Shown: one piece after another, positions 47,251 through 56,561 of the stretch | Position numbering within the stretch: position 1 is the first letter of the stretch | How the letters are laid out: every line of letters starts with the position of its first letter | Source of the DNA: Bacteroidota bacterium | Lineage (GTDB): Bacteria > Bacteroidota > Bacteroidia > B-17B0 > Aurantibacillaceae | NCBI GenBank assembly: GCA_018267475.1 | Contig: JAFDYI010000031.1 | Span: 50,261 to 114,260 of the forward strand | Length of the DNA: 64,000 bases | Reading direction: 5' to 3' | Position numbers and translations under genes: made by a program | Notes under the pieces: generated by a model | The model's database searches: none | Told to the model about the DNA's origin: nothing | What the model saw: only the letters and a program-made list of their open reading frames with translations

Positions 47251-49095
47251 ATGTGCGGAATTGTAGGATATATAGGAAAAAGACAAGCAACCCCTGTCTT
47301 GCTAAAAGGGTTACATCGCCTAGAATACAGAGGCTACGACAGTTCTGGGATTGCCACCATCGCAGCCACCGGTTCGCTTAATTTATACAAATGCAAAGGG
47401 AAAGTTTCTGACTTAGAAAATTTTACTGAGAAAAAAGATGTTAGCGGCACTATTGGTATTGGGCACACCCGCTGGGCTACGCACGGCGAACCTAATGACA
47501 CCAACGCACACCCTCATACCTCTCAAAGCGGCAGTATTGTACTTATTCACAATGGTATTATAGAAAATTACACCTCTATTAAAGAAAACTTAAAAAAACG
47601 CGGGCACACCTTTCAATCGCAAACCGATACCGAAGTATTAGTGCATTTAATAGAAGAAATAAAAACAAAAGATAATTTAAAGCTAGGGCACGCCGTAATT
47701 TCAGCCTTAAAACAAGTAGTGGGCGCTTATGCCATTGCCGTATTAGACAAAAGCAACCCCAATGAATTGATTGTAGCTAAAAAAGGAAGTCCCCTAGTTA
47801 TTGGTGTAGGAGATGATGAATACTTTGTAGCCTCAGATGCCTCCCCCATCATCGAATATACTAAAAATGTAGTGTATTTAGAAGACGAGCAAGTGGGCAT
47901 CATCAAACGCGAAGGCGAATTAAAAATTCGTAATTTAAAGGATAAAGAAGTTACTCCTTATGTGCAGGCATTAGAGTTGGAACTGGAAGCCATAGAAAAA
48001 GGAGGGTACGATCATTTTATGCTAAAAGAAATATACGAGCAACCTCGATCTATAAGAGATAGTATGCGTGGGCGATTAAACGCCGACAAGGCTGTTGTGC
48101 AACTGGGTGGGATTGTAGATTATGAGCCAAAATTTTTAAAAGCCAAACGCATTCTCATCATTGCGTGCGGCACCTCGTGGCATGCCGGCTTAGTAGCCGA
48201 ATATCTATTTGAAGAATATGCGCGCATACCCGTAGAGGTTGAATATGCCAGCGAGTTTCGCTACCGCAACCCTATTATTTATGAAGATGACATTGTGATA
48301 GCCATATCTCAATCGGGCGAAACAGCCGATACACTGGCCGCCATAGAATTGGCCAAAAGTAAAGGCGCTACTATTATTGGAGTGTGTAACGTGGTGGGCT
48401 CCTCTATTGCGCGTGCCACCCACGCAGGCTCGTACACGCACGCCGGCCCCGAGATAGGTGTGGCATCAACTAAAGCGTTTACCGCACAGGTAACCGTGCT
48501 TACTCTTATGGCTTTACACGTTGCGTACAAAAAAGGCACTCTGGTAGAAAGCCGATACCGACAATTACTATACGAGCTGGAAACCATTCCGGAGAAAGTA
48601 GATAAAGTATTAAAATTAGATAACGCCACTAAAAAAATAGCTTCGGTGTTTAAAAACGCCCGCAACTTCTTATATTTAGGAAGAGGCTATTCGTTTCCGG
48701 TTGCTTTAGAAGGAGCTTTAAAACTAAAAGAAATATCATATATACACGCCGAAGGATACCCCGCCGCTGAAATGAAACACGGCCCCATAGCCCTAATTGA
48801 TGAAGAGATGCCCGTAGTAGTAATTGCCACCAAGGGGGCTAACTACGAAAAAGTATTAAGCACCATACAAGAAATAAAAGCACGAAAAGGAAAAATCATA
48901 GCCGTAGTAAACGAAGGCGACAAAGAAGTTGCTAATAGCGCCGACTACACCATAGAAATACCCGAAACCGATGAATCTTTAGTGCCTTTAGTATCCGTGG
49001 TTCCTTTACAATTGCTATCGTATCACATAGCAGTAATGCGAGGCTGCAACGTAGATCAGCCGCGTAATTTGGCAAAATCAGTAACGGTAGAGTAA
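47251..49095 (+). CDS. glmS: Glutamine--fructose-6-phosphate transaminase
   Basis: MCGIVG, LEYRGYDSSG, GHTRWATHG, HNGIIEN, SQSGETADT, GVASTKAF, EGALKLKEISY, PRNLAKSVTVE. Confidence 0.98.
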   Translation: MCGIVGYIGKRQATPVLLKGLHRLEYRGYDSSGIATIAATGSLNLYKCKGKVSDLENFTEKKDVSGTIGIGHTRWATHGEPNDTNAHPHTSQSGSIVLIHNGIIENYTSIKENLKKRGHTFQSQTDTEVLVHLIEEIKTKDNLKLGHAVISALKQVVGAYAIAVLDKSNPNELIVAKKGSPLVIGVGDDEYFVASDASPIIEYTKNVVYLEDEQVGIIKREGELKIRNLKDKEVTPYVQALELELEAIEKGGYDHFMLKEIYEQPRSIRDSMRGRLNADKAVVQLGGIVDYEPKFLKAKRILIIACGTSWHAGLVAEYLFEEYARIPVEVEYASEFRYRNPIIYEDDIVIAISQSGETADTLAAIELAKSKGATIIGVCNVVGSSIARATHAGSYTHAGPEIGVASTKAFTAQVTVLTLMALHVAYKKGTLVESRYRQLLYELETIPEKVDKVLKLDNATKKIASVFKNARNFLYLGRGYSFPVALEGALKLKEISYIHAEGYPAAEMKHGPIALIDEEMPVVVIATKGANYEKVLSTIQEIKARKGKIIAVVNEGDKEVANSADYTIEIPETDESLVPLVSVVPLQLLSYHIAVMRGCNVDQPRNLAKSVTVE

Positions 49096-49121
49096 CGCGT
49101 AGTGCCGGGAGTAACAAATGA

Positions 49122-50384
49122 TCACTTAAACCTAAGTGTTTTTATCGGGTTTATTTTGCTAATAATAAGTACCGGAAGCAGCATCATAAAAAAGCAACAG
49201 CATACGGTTAGCAAGTTTACAGTCAATAACCATATAGGCGAAAACTCAATAGGCACATACGCTACATAATAGCTTTGCGGATTAAGAGTAACTAACTTAA
49301 AATATTTCTGCAGCCAACAAAGCGCAAGGCCTATACTGTTACCAACTAACAAACCTTTAGCCAACATTTTAAAAGATTGATACAAAAAAACTTTTTGAAT
49401 AAGCGTATTGTCGGCGCCAAAGGCCTTTAGAGAGCCAATGGTGTGGCTGCGCTCTAAAATTAAAATAAGTAAAGCCGAAATCATATTGATAACAGCTACT
49501 AAAATCATCAGCACAATAATAATAACCGCATTACTATCCAGTAGAGAAAGCCATGAAAAAAGGGTGCTGTAAATTTCTTTTACTGATTTAGCTTCTAAAT
49601 TTTGGTCTAAGTATTCGTTAATAGTGTTGGTTTCAGCTTCTAAATCGTTATTATTTTTTAGTTTTATTTCAAAGCCTCCTTGCTGACTGGAGCTCCAGTA
49701 GTTTAGTTTTTTTATTTGAGCAATATCGGCATACACCATACTCTCGTCCATATCAGAAAAGCCGGTTTCAAAAATTCCACCTATTGTCAGTTTCCGAACG
49801 CGTTGCTCGTATCCTTCTTGTAAGGTGCTGTCGTTTTTTTTACGACTCACAAAGTAGGTCAGCAGTTTATCGCCTATCCGTACTTGCAACTTTTGTGCTA
49901 ATGATTTTGATATAAGCATCTGGTCTGACACAGAGGTATCGTTATAAGCAGGCACAGAACCTTCTACTAAGTTAGCTTTTAAGAAATCCCAATTAAAGGA
50001 CGAACCAACTCCTTTTAATACAACTCCTTGGTTTTCATGGGCAGTTTTAATGATGGCGTTTTTTATGGCGTAAGGCTGTATGTATAGCACATTAGCATTC
50101 GCTTTTATCTTCCTAATCGTTTCTTTGTTTAAAGTAATGGGCTCTTGCTCTAAGGAGTTGTTGTTGCTGTATGCTTGTATCATAATATCGCCCGAAAAGC
50201 CAATAGCTTTGCTTTTAATTTGATTTTTAAAGCCGGTGATTACGCTTATAGTAAGTACCATTACGCAAACACCTAAAGCAATGCTTGCTTCAGCAATTTT
50301 TACCACCGGAGTAGCTATTGATTTTTTTTTTGAAGACGCTTGCCATAGTCTTTTGGCAAGATGTATGTATAATTTTTCAGACAA
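49122..50384 (-). CDS. lolE: LolC/LolE (FtsX/MacB-type) ABC transporter permease
   Basis: IALGVCVMVLTISVITGF, GIFETGF, ILERSHTIGSLKAFGA, PQSYYVAYVP; probable TTG start at 50384, 4 nt after the upstream stop. Confidence 0.8.
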   Translation of the reverse strand: MSEKLYIHLAKRLWQASSKKKSIATPVVKIAEASIALGVCVMVLTISVITGFKNQIKSKAIGFSGDIMIQAYSNNNSLEQEPITLNKETIRKIKANANVLYIQPYAIKNAIIKTAHENQGVVLKGVGSSFNWDFLKANLVEGSVPAYNDTSVSDQMLISKSLAQKLQVRIGDKLLTYFVSRKKNDSTLQEGYEQRVRKLTIGGIFETGFSDMDESMVYADIAQIKKLNYWSSSQQGGFEIKLKNNNDLEAETNTINEYLDQNLEAKSVKEIYSTLFSWLSLLDSNAVIIIVLMILVAVINMISALLILILERSHTIGSLKAFGADNTLIQKVFLYQSFKMLAKGLLVGNSIGLALCWLQKYFKLVTLNPQSYYVAYVPIEFSPIWLLTVNLLTVCCCFFMMLLPVLIISKINPIKTLRFK

Positions 50385-50388
50385 CCCG

Positions 50389-53300
50389 TTACAAAATTTT
50401 AATGCCAATAATCATAATATCATCTACCTGTTCTACCTGGCCGCGCCATTGGTTAAAATCTTCTTCTAATAGTTTTTTTTGTTCTACCATAGAGGCATTG
50501 TTGTTTTTCACCAATACTTGTTGCAGTTGCTTGTATTTGTATTTTTTTCCGTTCTCGCCACCAAATTGGTCTGCGTACCCATCACTAAAAAGGTAAAGCA
50601 TGTCGTTTTTTTCTATTTTGAAAGAATGGTTGGTATATGGTTTTTTCGCATCGTTGTTGCCTATATATAGGTGGTCGGGTTGATATTCTATCAATTTATT
50701 ATCTCGCACCAAGTATAGGGGGTTAAATGCGCCAGCGTATTCGGCGGTATAGGTTTCAAAATTGATTTTACACAAGGCTAAATCCATGCCATCTCGTATT
50801 TCTATATCGTGTACGGTGGTGTGCAAAGTTTGTTCGGTTAATTTATCCAAGCGATTTAAAATAGCTGCGGGGCTTTTGTCATTATCCGCATTAAAAGCGG
50901 TATTTAATAAGTTGTTGGCTTCAATGCTTAAAAAAGCACCGGGAACACCATGTCCGGTACAATCTACGGCCGCTATATATATATTGTTTTGATGTTGTTT
51001 TAACCAATAAAAATCACCGCTTACAATGTCTTTTGGTTTAAATAAAATAAAGTATTCTTTTAATGTGGCCTTTAAAACAGATTCTTTGGGGAGCATGGCA
51101 TCTTGTATGTATTTGGCATAGCGAATAGAGTCGGTTATATTTTTATTTTTTTCAGCTAAGTCTGCATTTTTTAAGGCGAGTTGTTCGGTTCGTTCCATTA
51201 CTTTTTTCTCCAAAAGAGTATTGGCTTTTTTTAGGTTTTGTGTACGCATGCGATCAAAAACAAATACGCCAAAAATAAGCAAGGCCGCCATGAGCAAATA
51301 GAATAAAGCCGTTTGCCAAAAAGGAGGTTTTACTCTAAAAGCATAAGTAGCTCCGGGACTGCACACACCGTTATTGTTATATCCCCGTACTTTGAATATG
51401 TAATCACCGGCAGGCAGATTGGTATATACGGCTTCTTGTATGGCCTGCACCGGAATCCAGCCTTTGTCAAAACCTTCAAGCGAATACTCGTATTTTATTT
51501 TTTCGGAAGATGTAAGACTTACCCCTATAAATTTAAAAGTAAGATTGTTTTGTTTGTAGGTAAAAATATTATCTGTAGGAAAAGGTGCGTCTTCTAACTG
51601 AATTTTAATGCCCGTTATTTTGGTAAGAGGAGCTAAGGTATTAGTGGCTTCCTCTTTTATTTTAAAGCGCACTGCTCCCATAATAGTGCCAAACCATATA
51701 TTTCCATCTTTATCCGTGCAGGTAGCATTGGGGTTGCACTCTACCCCTAAAAAACCTTCGTTTTTTCCGTAGTGATAAAATTTATTTTGCTTAGTGTCAA
51801 ACTTATCTACCCCTCGATTATCGCCAATCCATATATTGTTTTGTGCATCTACGGTAATAGAATACGGTGTTTCAGTATATAAGCCTTGTTGTTGATTGTA
51901 GTTAGTAAAAGTTTTCCCATCGTATTTGAACAAGCCTCCTCCATAGCAACCAAACCATAAATTTCCTGTTTTATCTTCATTTATACATAAAATAAATTTA
52001 TGTTTTAATCCATCTTCTTCTCCAAATTTTTTAAAGGAGGTTCCATCATAAACACATAAACTCCCACCCAGGGCGCCAATCCACAACAAGCCCTTACTGT
52101 CTTTAAATATGCGGTAAATATGATTTCCGCCTAAGCCATCTGCTTCTGTATAATTTCTAAATTCATTGGTAGATGGATTAAATCGGCTTACTCCCGATTT
52201 GGTGCCAAACCACATATTTCCCACTTTATCTTCGGATATGGTATAAACCATTTCGTTGGCTAAGCCCTCTTTTACCGAATAATTTTTGAATTTAGATGTG
52301 CCTTTGGGCAGCACACTCACCCCATTATAGGCCGAACCAAACCACATATTACCCTTACTGTCTTGAAAAGAAGAAAGAATAACGTTAGAGCTTAGTCCGT
52401 TTTTTTCGTTGTATTGTGTTATCTGGTGAGTTTCTATTTTTCCATTACGCTCGGCGTTAAACGAAATTTTTGCCAAGCCGTTGTTGGTGCCCAACCAAAT
52501 GTTGTTATCGTTATCCACCGAAGTGCTCCATACAATATTGTTGGGTACGTTGTCTGCCTCGTCAAATGTTTGTATAAAATCACCGCGATATTGATTCAAC
52601 CCTAAGTCGGTGCCAATCCATATATTATGTTCTAAATCTTCGTATATCGCGTTTACATTAAAATAGTTTAGGCCCTGGCGGGTGCTAAATGTTTTGAAAA
52701 AACCGCTGCGTAATTCTTGAGTACTAAATGTTTTTTTATCGCTTACAAACAAAGAAACGCCTCCTCCAATAGTACCTACCCAAATATTTTTTTGGTTGTC
52801 TTCGTAAATAGTTTTAATAAAGGTAGATCCCAAGCCTAATACTTCATTGTATTGTAGTTGATTTTGCACAATGTAGCTTTTCCAATTATTAATATTTTTT
52901 TGCAAGGCCACCATCGCCACTCCTTCATCAGCAGAGCCCATTACCAACACATTGTTTGACGTAACGCAAACAGCGGTAATATTTTTACTAAAAAGTCCAT
53001 TATTAGTGCTAAGGCGCGTGTAGGCCAGTGGGTTCGAAATAGATTTTTCTAAATTGATGATAGTAAGGCCCGAGTCGGTAGCTAGCCACATGTTTTTATT
53101 TTTATCGGCACACACATCATATATGGTGTTGCTTGATAAGCCGTCTTTTTTTGAAAGAGTAAACATTTTTTTGCTTTCTACATCATAAATAAACATACCG
53201 GCTCCTTCGGTAGCAATCCACAGTTTACCTGCAAAATCTTGAGTAATAGCTCGAATGGTTTTTAACTTGGTGTATTCCTCCAAGTTCATGTTTTCTAGTT

Positions 53301-53622
53301 GTTGGGTGTTTATATTATAGCGTGTAACACCTCCGGCCCAGTGCCCAAACCAAATGTATCCTTCTTTATCCTTATATGAACAAGTAACCCAATCTTCGGC
53401 AAGTCCTTTATTTTTGGTATAAGATACCCATTGCGTGCCGTTATATTTAGATAATCCGGCAATGGTACCAGTCCATAAATTACCGTCTTTATCCTGGGTA
53501 ATGCTTTGCACTTGGTTTTGCACTAAGCCATTATCCATATTATAGTTTATGAAACTGGTTGTTTGTGCCACTACGCATAAGCTTAGCAGTAGATGCAGCA
53601 GGGTAAAAATTTTTATACGCAT
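50389..53622 (-). CDS. Periplasmic beta-propeller + Y_Y_Y sensor fused through a TM to a SpoIIE/PP2C phosphatase
   Basis: About 14 Reg_prop-type repeats (GLxxNxVxxIxxDxxGxLWxGT); Y_Y_Y 'YEYSLEGFD...YTNLPAGDYIFKV'; TM 'PPFWQTALFY'; KDIVSGDFYW, DCTGHGVPG, SDGYADQFGG, VDDIMIIG. Confidence 0.92.
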   Translation of the reverse strand: MRIKIFTLLHLLLSLCVVAQTTSFINYNMDNGLVQNQVQSITQDKDGNLWTGTIAGLSKYNGTQWVSYTKNKGLAEDWVTCSYKDKEGYIWFGHWAGGVTRYNINTQQLENMNLEEYTKLKTIRAITQDFAGKLWIATEGAGMFIYDVESKKMFTLSKKDGLSSNTIYDVCADKNKNMWLATDSGLTIINLEKSISNPLAYTRLSTNNGLFSKNITAVCVTSNNVLVMGSADEGVAMVALQKNINNWKSYIVQNQLQYNEVLGLGSTFIKTIYEDNQKNIWVGTIGGGVSLFVSDKKTFSTQELRSGFFKTFSTRQGLNYFNVNAIYEDLEHNIWIGTDLGLNQYRGDFIQTFDEADNVPNNIVWSTSVDNDNNIWLGTNNGLAKISFNAERNGKIETHQITQYNEKNGLSSNVILSSFQDSKGNMWFGSAYNGVSVLPKGTSKFKNYSVKEGLANEMVYTISEDKVGNMWFGTKSGVSRFNPSTNEFRNYTEADGLGGNHIYRIFKDSKGLLWIGALGGSLCVYDGTSFKKFGEEDGLKHKFILCINEDKTGNLWFGCYGGGLFKYDGKTFTNYNQQQGLYTETPYSITVDAQNNIWIGDNRGVDKFDTKQNKFYHYGKNEGFLGVECNPNATCTDKDGNIWFGTIMGAVRFKIKEEATNTLAPLTKITGIKIQLEDAPFPTDNIFTYKQNNLTFKFIGVSLTSSEKIKYEYSLEGFDKGWIPVQAIQEAVYTNLPAGDYIFKVRGYNNNGVCSPGATYAFRVKPPFWQTALFYLLMAALLIFGVFVFDRMRTQNLKKANTLLEKKVMERTEQLALKNADLAEKNKNITDSIRYAKYIQDAMLPKESVLKATLKEYFILFKPKDIVSGDFYWLKQHQNNIYIAAVDCTGHGVPGAFLSIEANNLLNTAFNADNDKSPAAILNRLDKLTEQTLHTTVHDIEIRDGMDLALCKINFETYTAEYAGAFNPLYLVRDNKLIEYQPDHLYIGNNDAKKPYTNHSFKIEKNDMLYLFSDGYADQFGGENGKKYKYKQLQQVLVKNNNASMVEQKKLLEEDFNQWRGQVEQVDDIMIIGIKIL

Positions 53623-53623
53623 A

Positions 53624-54904
53624 TTATCTGATATTATATTGTGCTAATTCTTTCAAGAAATCTTGCTCGCTTATTTCTTTTTCGTTTTTATAAAAATAAT
53701 TTACGCCCCACGGGTAGTTTTCTCTCTTGTACATCGTTTTTTCTGTTCCTTTTGCAAGCGTGTAGGTATAGGTAGTTTTAAAAGTACCTTTTTCCACGTC
53801 GGAACTTATGGCAATAATACCGGCGGGTTTGTATGCAGCTACTTCCGGATATTTTTTTATGGCTAAAAATGTGTTTTTTCTTTCATTAGCCGCGCTTTGC
53901 TTAATAAGCGATAGTATCATTTTATTTTTTACCCCTTTATTAATGGCAATTTGTTTATTTCTGGTTTTAGAATCAAATACTACCTGCTGGCTTTTGGCTT
54001 TCACTTCCGCATTTTTTTTCAAGGTTTCAATTACTTCGTTTGCCTCAGAAGTGCCTTTATCTTTAGCAAATTGGGCTGCTTTTTCTTGTCGCTCGTTGGT
54101 AGCCACTATTTTTAGCAAATCGCTTTCGTATAAAGAGCGAATGGATTTATTTTGTTTTTCTTTCAAGGCGCGTTTTTCTTTCTCAATGGTAAGCTGCATT
54201 TCTTCCGAAGCTACAGAATTATTCTCAGTCGGTTCACTTTTTGGAGTTACGCTTTTGTTATTTTGCTCTTTAGCTGCTTTCTTAGCCCGTTCGGCTTCTT
54301 CTTGTGCGCGTTGTTGCACTTGCGCTATTTGCGTTTGCCGCTCGCGCTCTTCGGCGTCGTGTTTTAGCTTAGCTTGCATTTCTAATTTTTCTTTTTCTAA
54401 GGCAAGCTGTTCGTTTTGTTTGTTTATAACATCGGGCGACACAAATAATTTATCTAAAAAATCTTTTACATAGGCTTCATCATCTTGAAACGATTTTTTG
54501 CCATCGTAATATACTTTGGTTATCGGGTTTTTAAACAATTCGTAATTAACCGTAGCGTTGTTGTAGGGAAAAAAATTTACATCCATATCGTAAATAGGAA
54601 AAATACTTTTTTCTTTTTTGCATTGCGATGCGTAAATGATCATATACATATCGGCGCAACCCGGCGCAGAAAATGTAATTTTAAAATCAGTTCCAAAGTC
54701 TAAAAAAAATTGAAACTTTCCGTTTCTGCCCGTGGTAAGGTCGCTTACCTTAGTTCCGTTCTTGTATATTGCAATATACGCGCCTTTTAGTGTTTGGTGC
54801 TCTTTGTAGCACTTGCCCGAAAACTCTAAATAGCCCGCTTCTTGCGAGAACAAGGCGCACCCAAGCAGTATAAAAAAAAGGAAGAGTGCTTTTTTTATTC
54901 TCAT
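53624..54904 (-). CDS. Hypothetical exported protein (beta-sandwich + long coiled coil + C-terminal beta domain)
   Basis: Signal peptide; 'TTGRNGKFQFFLDFGTDFKITF' carboxypeptidase-regulatory-like; E/K/Q/A-rich coil; ATGA overlap with the LytTR gene. Confidence 0.75.
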   Translation of the reverse strand: MRIKKALFLFFILLGCALFSQEAGYLEFSGKCYKEHQTLKGAYIAIYKNGTKVSDLTTGRNGKFQFFLDFGTDFKITFSAPGCADMYMIIYASQCKKEKSIFPIYDMDVNFFPYNNATVNYELFKNPITKVYYDGKKSFQDDEAYVKDFLDKLFVSPDVINKQNEQLALEKEKLEMQAKLKHDAEERERQTQIAQVQQRAQEEAERAKKAAKEQNNKSVTPKSEPTENNSVASEEMQLTIEKEKRALKEKQNKSIRSLYESDLLKIVATNERQEKAAQFAKDKGTSEANEVIETLKKNAEVKAKSQQVVFDSKTRNKQIAINKGVKNKMILSLIKQSAANERKNTFLAIKKYPEVAAYKPAGIIAISSDVEKGTFKTTYTYTLAKGTEKTMYKRENYPWGVNYFYKNEKEISEQDFLKELAQYNIR

Positions 54905-55650
54905 ATTTGTTTTAGCGCATTTAAAAAATCATCTTTTTTACGGCGAGAAACTTCTATTTTGGTCTCATCGCTCATGATGGCAAAACCTCCGTCATTTTTT
55001 AAGTAGCGCACCACATGATTTAGATTGATAAGATGGTGATTGTGTATGCGCATAAAATAGTTGGGGGGTAACAAATCTTCGTAGTACTTAAGGCCGGAAG
55101 TAGCTAATATCTTTTTTTTGTTTGGGAAGAAAAAGTGCGTGTAACTACCCTCTGCTTCGCACCGTATAATATCTTTTACTAAAACAATTTCGTAAGAACC
55201 GCCGGTAGGCAACGTTATTTTTTGATAGCTATCGGTACTTTGTTTTATGTTTTGTAAAAGATGGGCTAAATTTTCTACTGTATTTAATTGTTGCTTTTTT
55301 TGTATCATCTTTTCTACCGCATGTTTTAACTCCTCATTATCAATAGGTTTCAACAAGTAATCTAAGGCCGAGTATTTAATGGCCTTTACAGCATATTTAT
55401 CCGTAGCGGTGGTAAAAATAATGTCGAATTTTATAGCCGGTGTTTTTTCTAAAAAATCAAAACCGGTGCCATCAGGCATGGTTATATCTAAAAACACCAA
55501 GTTGGGTTGATGTGTTTGTACCGCCTCTAAAGCTTCTTTTACATTAGCCGCTAAGGCTACTACTTTTATTTCGGGGCAGTTTTTTTCCAACAGCGCGTAA
55601 AGCAATTTACGACTTTGTATTTCATCTTCTACTATAAGTGCTTTTATCAT
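54901..55650 (-). CDS. LytR/AlgR (LytTR) family response regulator
   Basis: LIVEDE, VFLDITMP (phospho-Asp), FTTA, DYLLKP; LytTR 'IIRCEAEGSYT...FMRIHNHHLIN...EVSRRKK'. Confidence 0.95.
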   Translation of the reverse strand: MIKALIVEDEIQSRKLLYALLEKNCPEIKVVALAANVKEALEAVQTHQPNLVFLDITMPDGTGFDFLEKTPAIKFDIIFTTATDKYAVKAIKYSALDYLLKPIDNEELKHAVEKMIQKKQQLNTVENLAHLLQNIKQSTDSYQKITLPTGGSYEIVLVKDIIRCEAEGSYTHFFFPNKKKILATSGLKYYEDLLPPNYFMRIHNHHLINLNHVVRYLKNDGGFAIMSDETKIEVSRRKKDDFLNALKQI

Positions 55651-55721
55651 AAAGGTATAGGCGGACCAAGATACAAAAAATAATTTTCACTTTTTTTATA
55701 CTTAATGTAAAAAATATCATG

Positions 55722-55729
55722 TACTTTTG
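55722..55729 (+). promoter_or_regulatory. Bacteroidota sigmaA -7 box (TACTTTTG) for tRNA-Leu
   Basis: TAnnTTTG 17 nt upstream of the tRNA. Confidence 0.65.
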
Positions 55730-55746
55730 CCCCTCTTTAAAAAGAT

Positions 55747-55833
55747 GCCCAGATGGCGGAATCGGTAGACGCGCTGGTCTCAAACACCAGTGGATTCACC
55801 TCCATGCCGGTTCGACCCCGGCTCTGGGTACCA
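55747..55833 (+). tRNA. tRNA-Leu (CAA), CCA encoded
   Basis: GCCCAGA acceptor / TCTGGGT-A-CCA; GGCGGAATCGGTAGACGC D arm; CTGGT-CTCAAAC-ACCAG anticodon arm; long variable arm; GGTTCGACCC T arm. Confidence 0.96.
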
Positions 55834-55834
55834 C

Positions 55835-55865
55835 AAAAAAACCTCTGAATAATCAGAGGTTTTTT
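55835..55865. terminator. Bidirectional intrinsic terminator (tRNA-Leu / nitroreductase)
   Basis: AAAAAAACCTCTG-AATAAT-CAGAGGTTTTTT between convergent genes. Confidence 0.88.
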
Positions 55866-55889
55866 ATTAGCGCATAAAAGCAACCCTTT

Positions 55890-56549
55890 TTATAGGGTCC
55901 CCGGGTTCGTTATTACAAAATCACGACGGGGTGTACGTACCTTTTTTAGTTTCACTAACCAATCGGCTTCTTCATCTCGATAGCCCAAGGGCATAATCAA
56001 TACCGATTTTAGTTGCAAGGCTTCTAAACCTAATAAATCATCTAAGGCTTCTCTATTAAATCCCTCCATAGGCGAGGCATCTACCCCCAGCTCGGCTGCC
56101 GCTGCAATAGCTATACCAAAAGCAAGATACACCTGCTGAGTAATGTGTGCTTTTTGTTGTTCTTGTGATAGCGTAAAAAGCCCTCCTATACCTTTTTTAA
56201 ATCCGTCGCCATTGCTTATGGGCAAACCTCTTTCTGTATTGATGTGGTCTATCATAGCATATACGCGCTCTTGTGTGTATTGATGCCAAGCCGCAAACAC
56301 CAAAATATGCGAAGAGCCTATAATTTGTTGTTGATTGTTGGCAATAGGGAATATCTGCTGTTTTAATTCAGGCTTGTTTATTACCATTATTTTAAAAGGC
56401 TGCAAGCCCGAGGAAGAGGGGGCTAAGCGGGTTGCCTCTATTATCAAATCTATTTTATCTTGCGTAACGCTTTTTCCACTCATTTTTTTTGTAGCGTAGC
56501 GCCATTGCAAAAGATCTATTAAAGTTTTATTTTCTGTAAGGTGATTCAT
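55890..56549 (-). CDS. Nitroreductase family (NfsB-like) protein
   Basis: LQWRYATKKM, RLAPSSSGLQPF, SHILVFAA, ASPMEGF, MPLGYR, KKVR. Confidence 0.92.
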   Translation of the reverse strand: MNHLTENKTLIDLLQWRYATKKMSGKSVTQDKIDLIIEATRLAPSSSGLQPFKIMVINKPELKQQIFPIANNQQQIIGSSHILVFAAWHQYTQERVYAMIDHINTERGLPISNGDGFKKGIGGLFTLSQEQQKAHITQQVYLAFGIAIAAAAELGVDASPMEGFNREALDDLLGLEALQLKSVLIMPLGYRDEEADWLVKLKKVRTPRRDFVITNPGTL

Positions 56550-56561
56550 GGTTTAGCTGTT

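Noticed and set aside
55834-56561. Genomic island integrated at tRNA-Leu
   Set aside because: No integrase and no duplicated tRNA 3' end seen; the nitroreductase is the last gene of the co-oriented waaA unit and shares a terminator with the tRNA.
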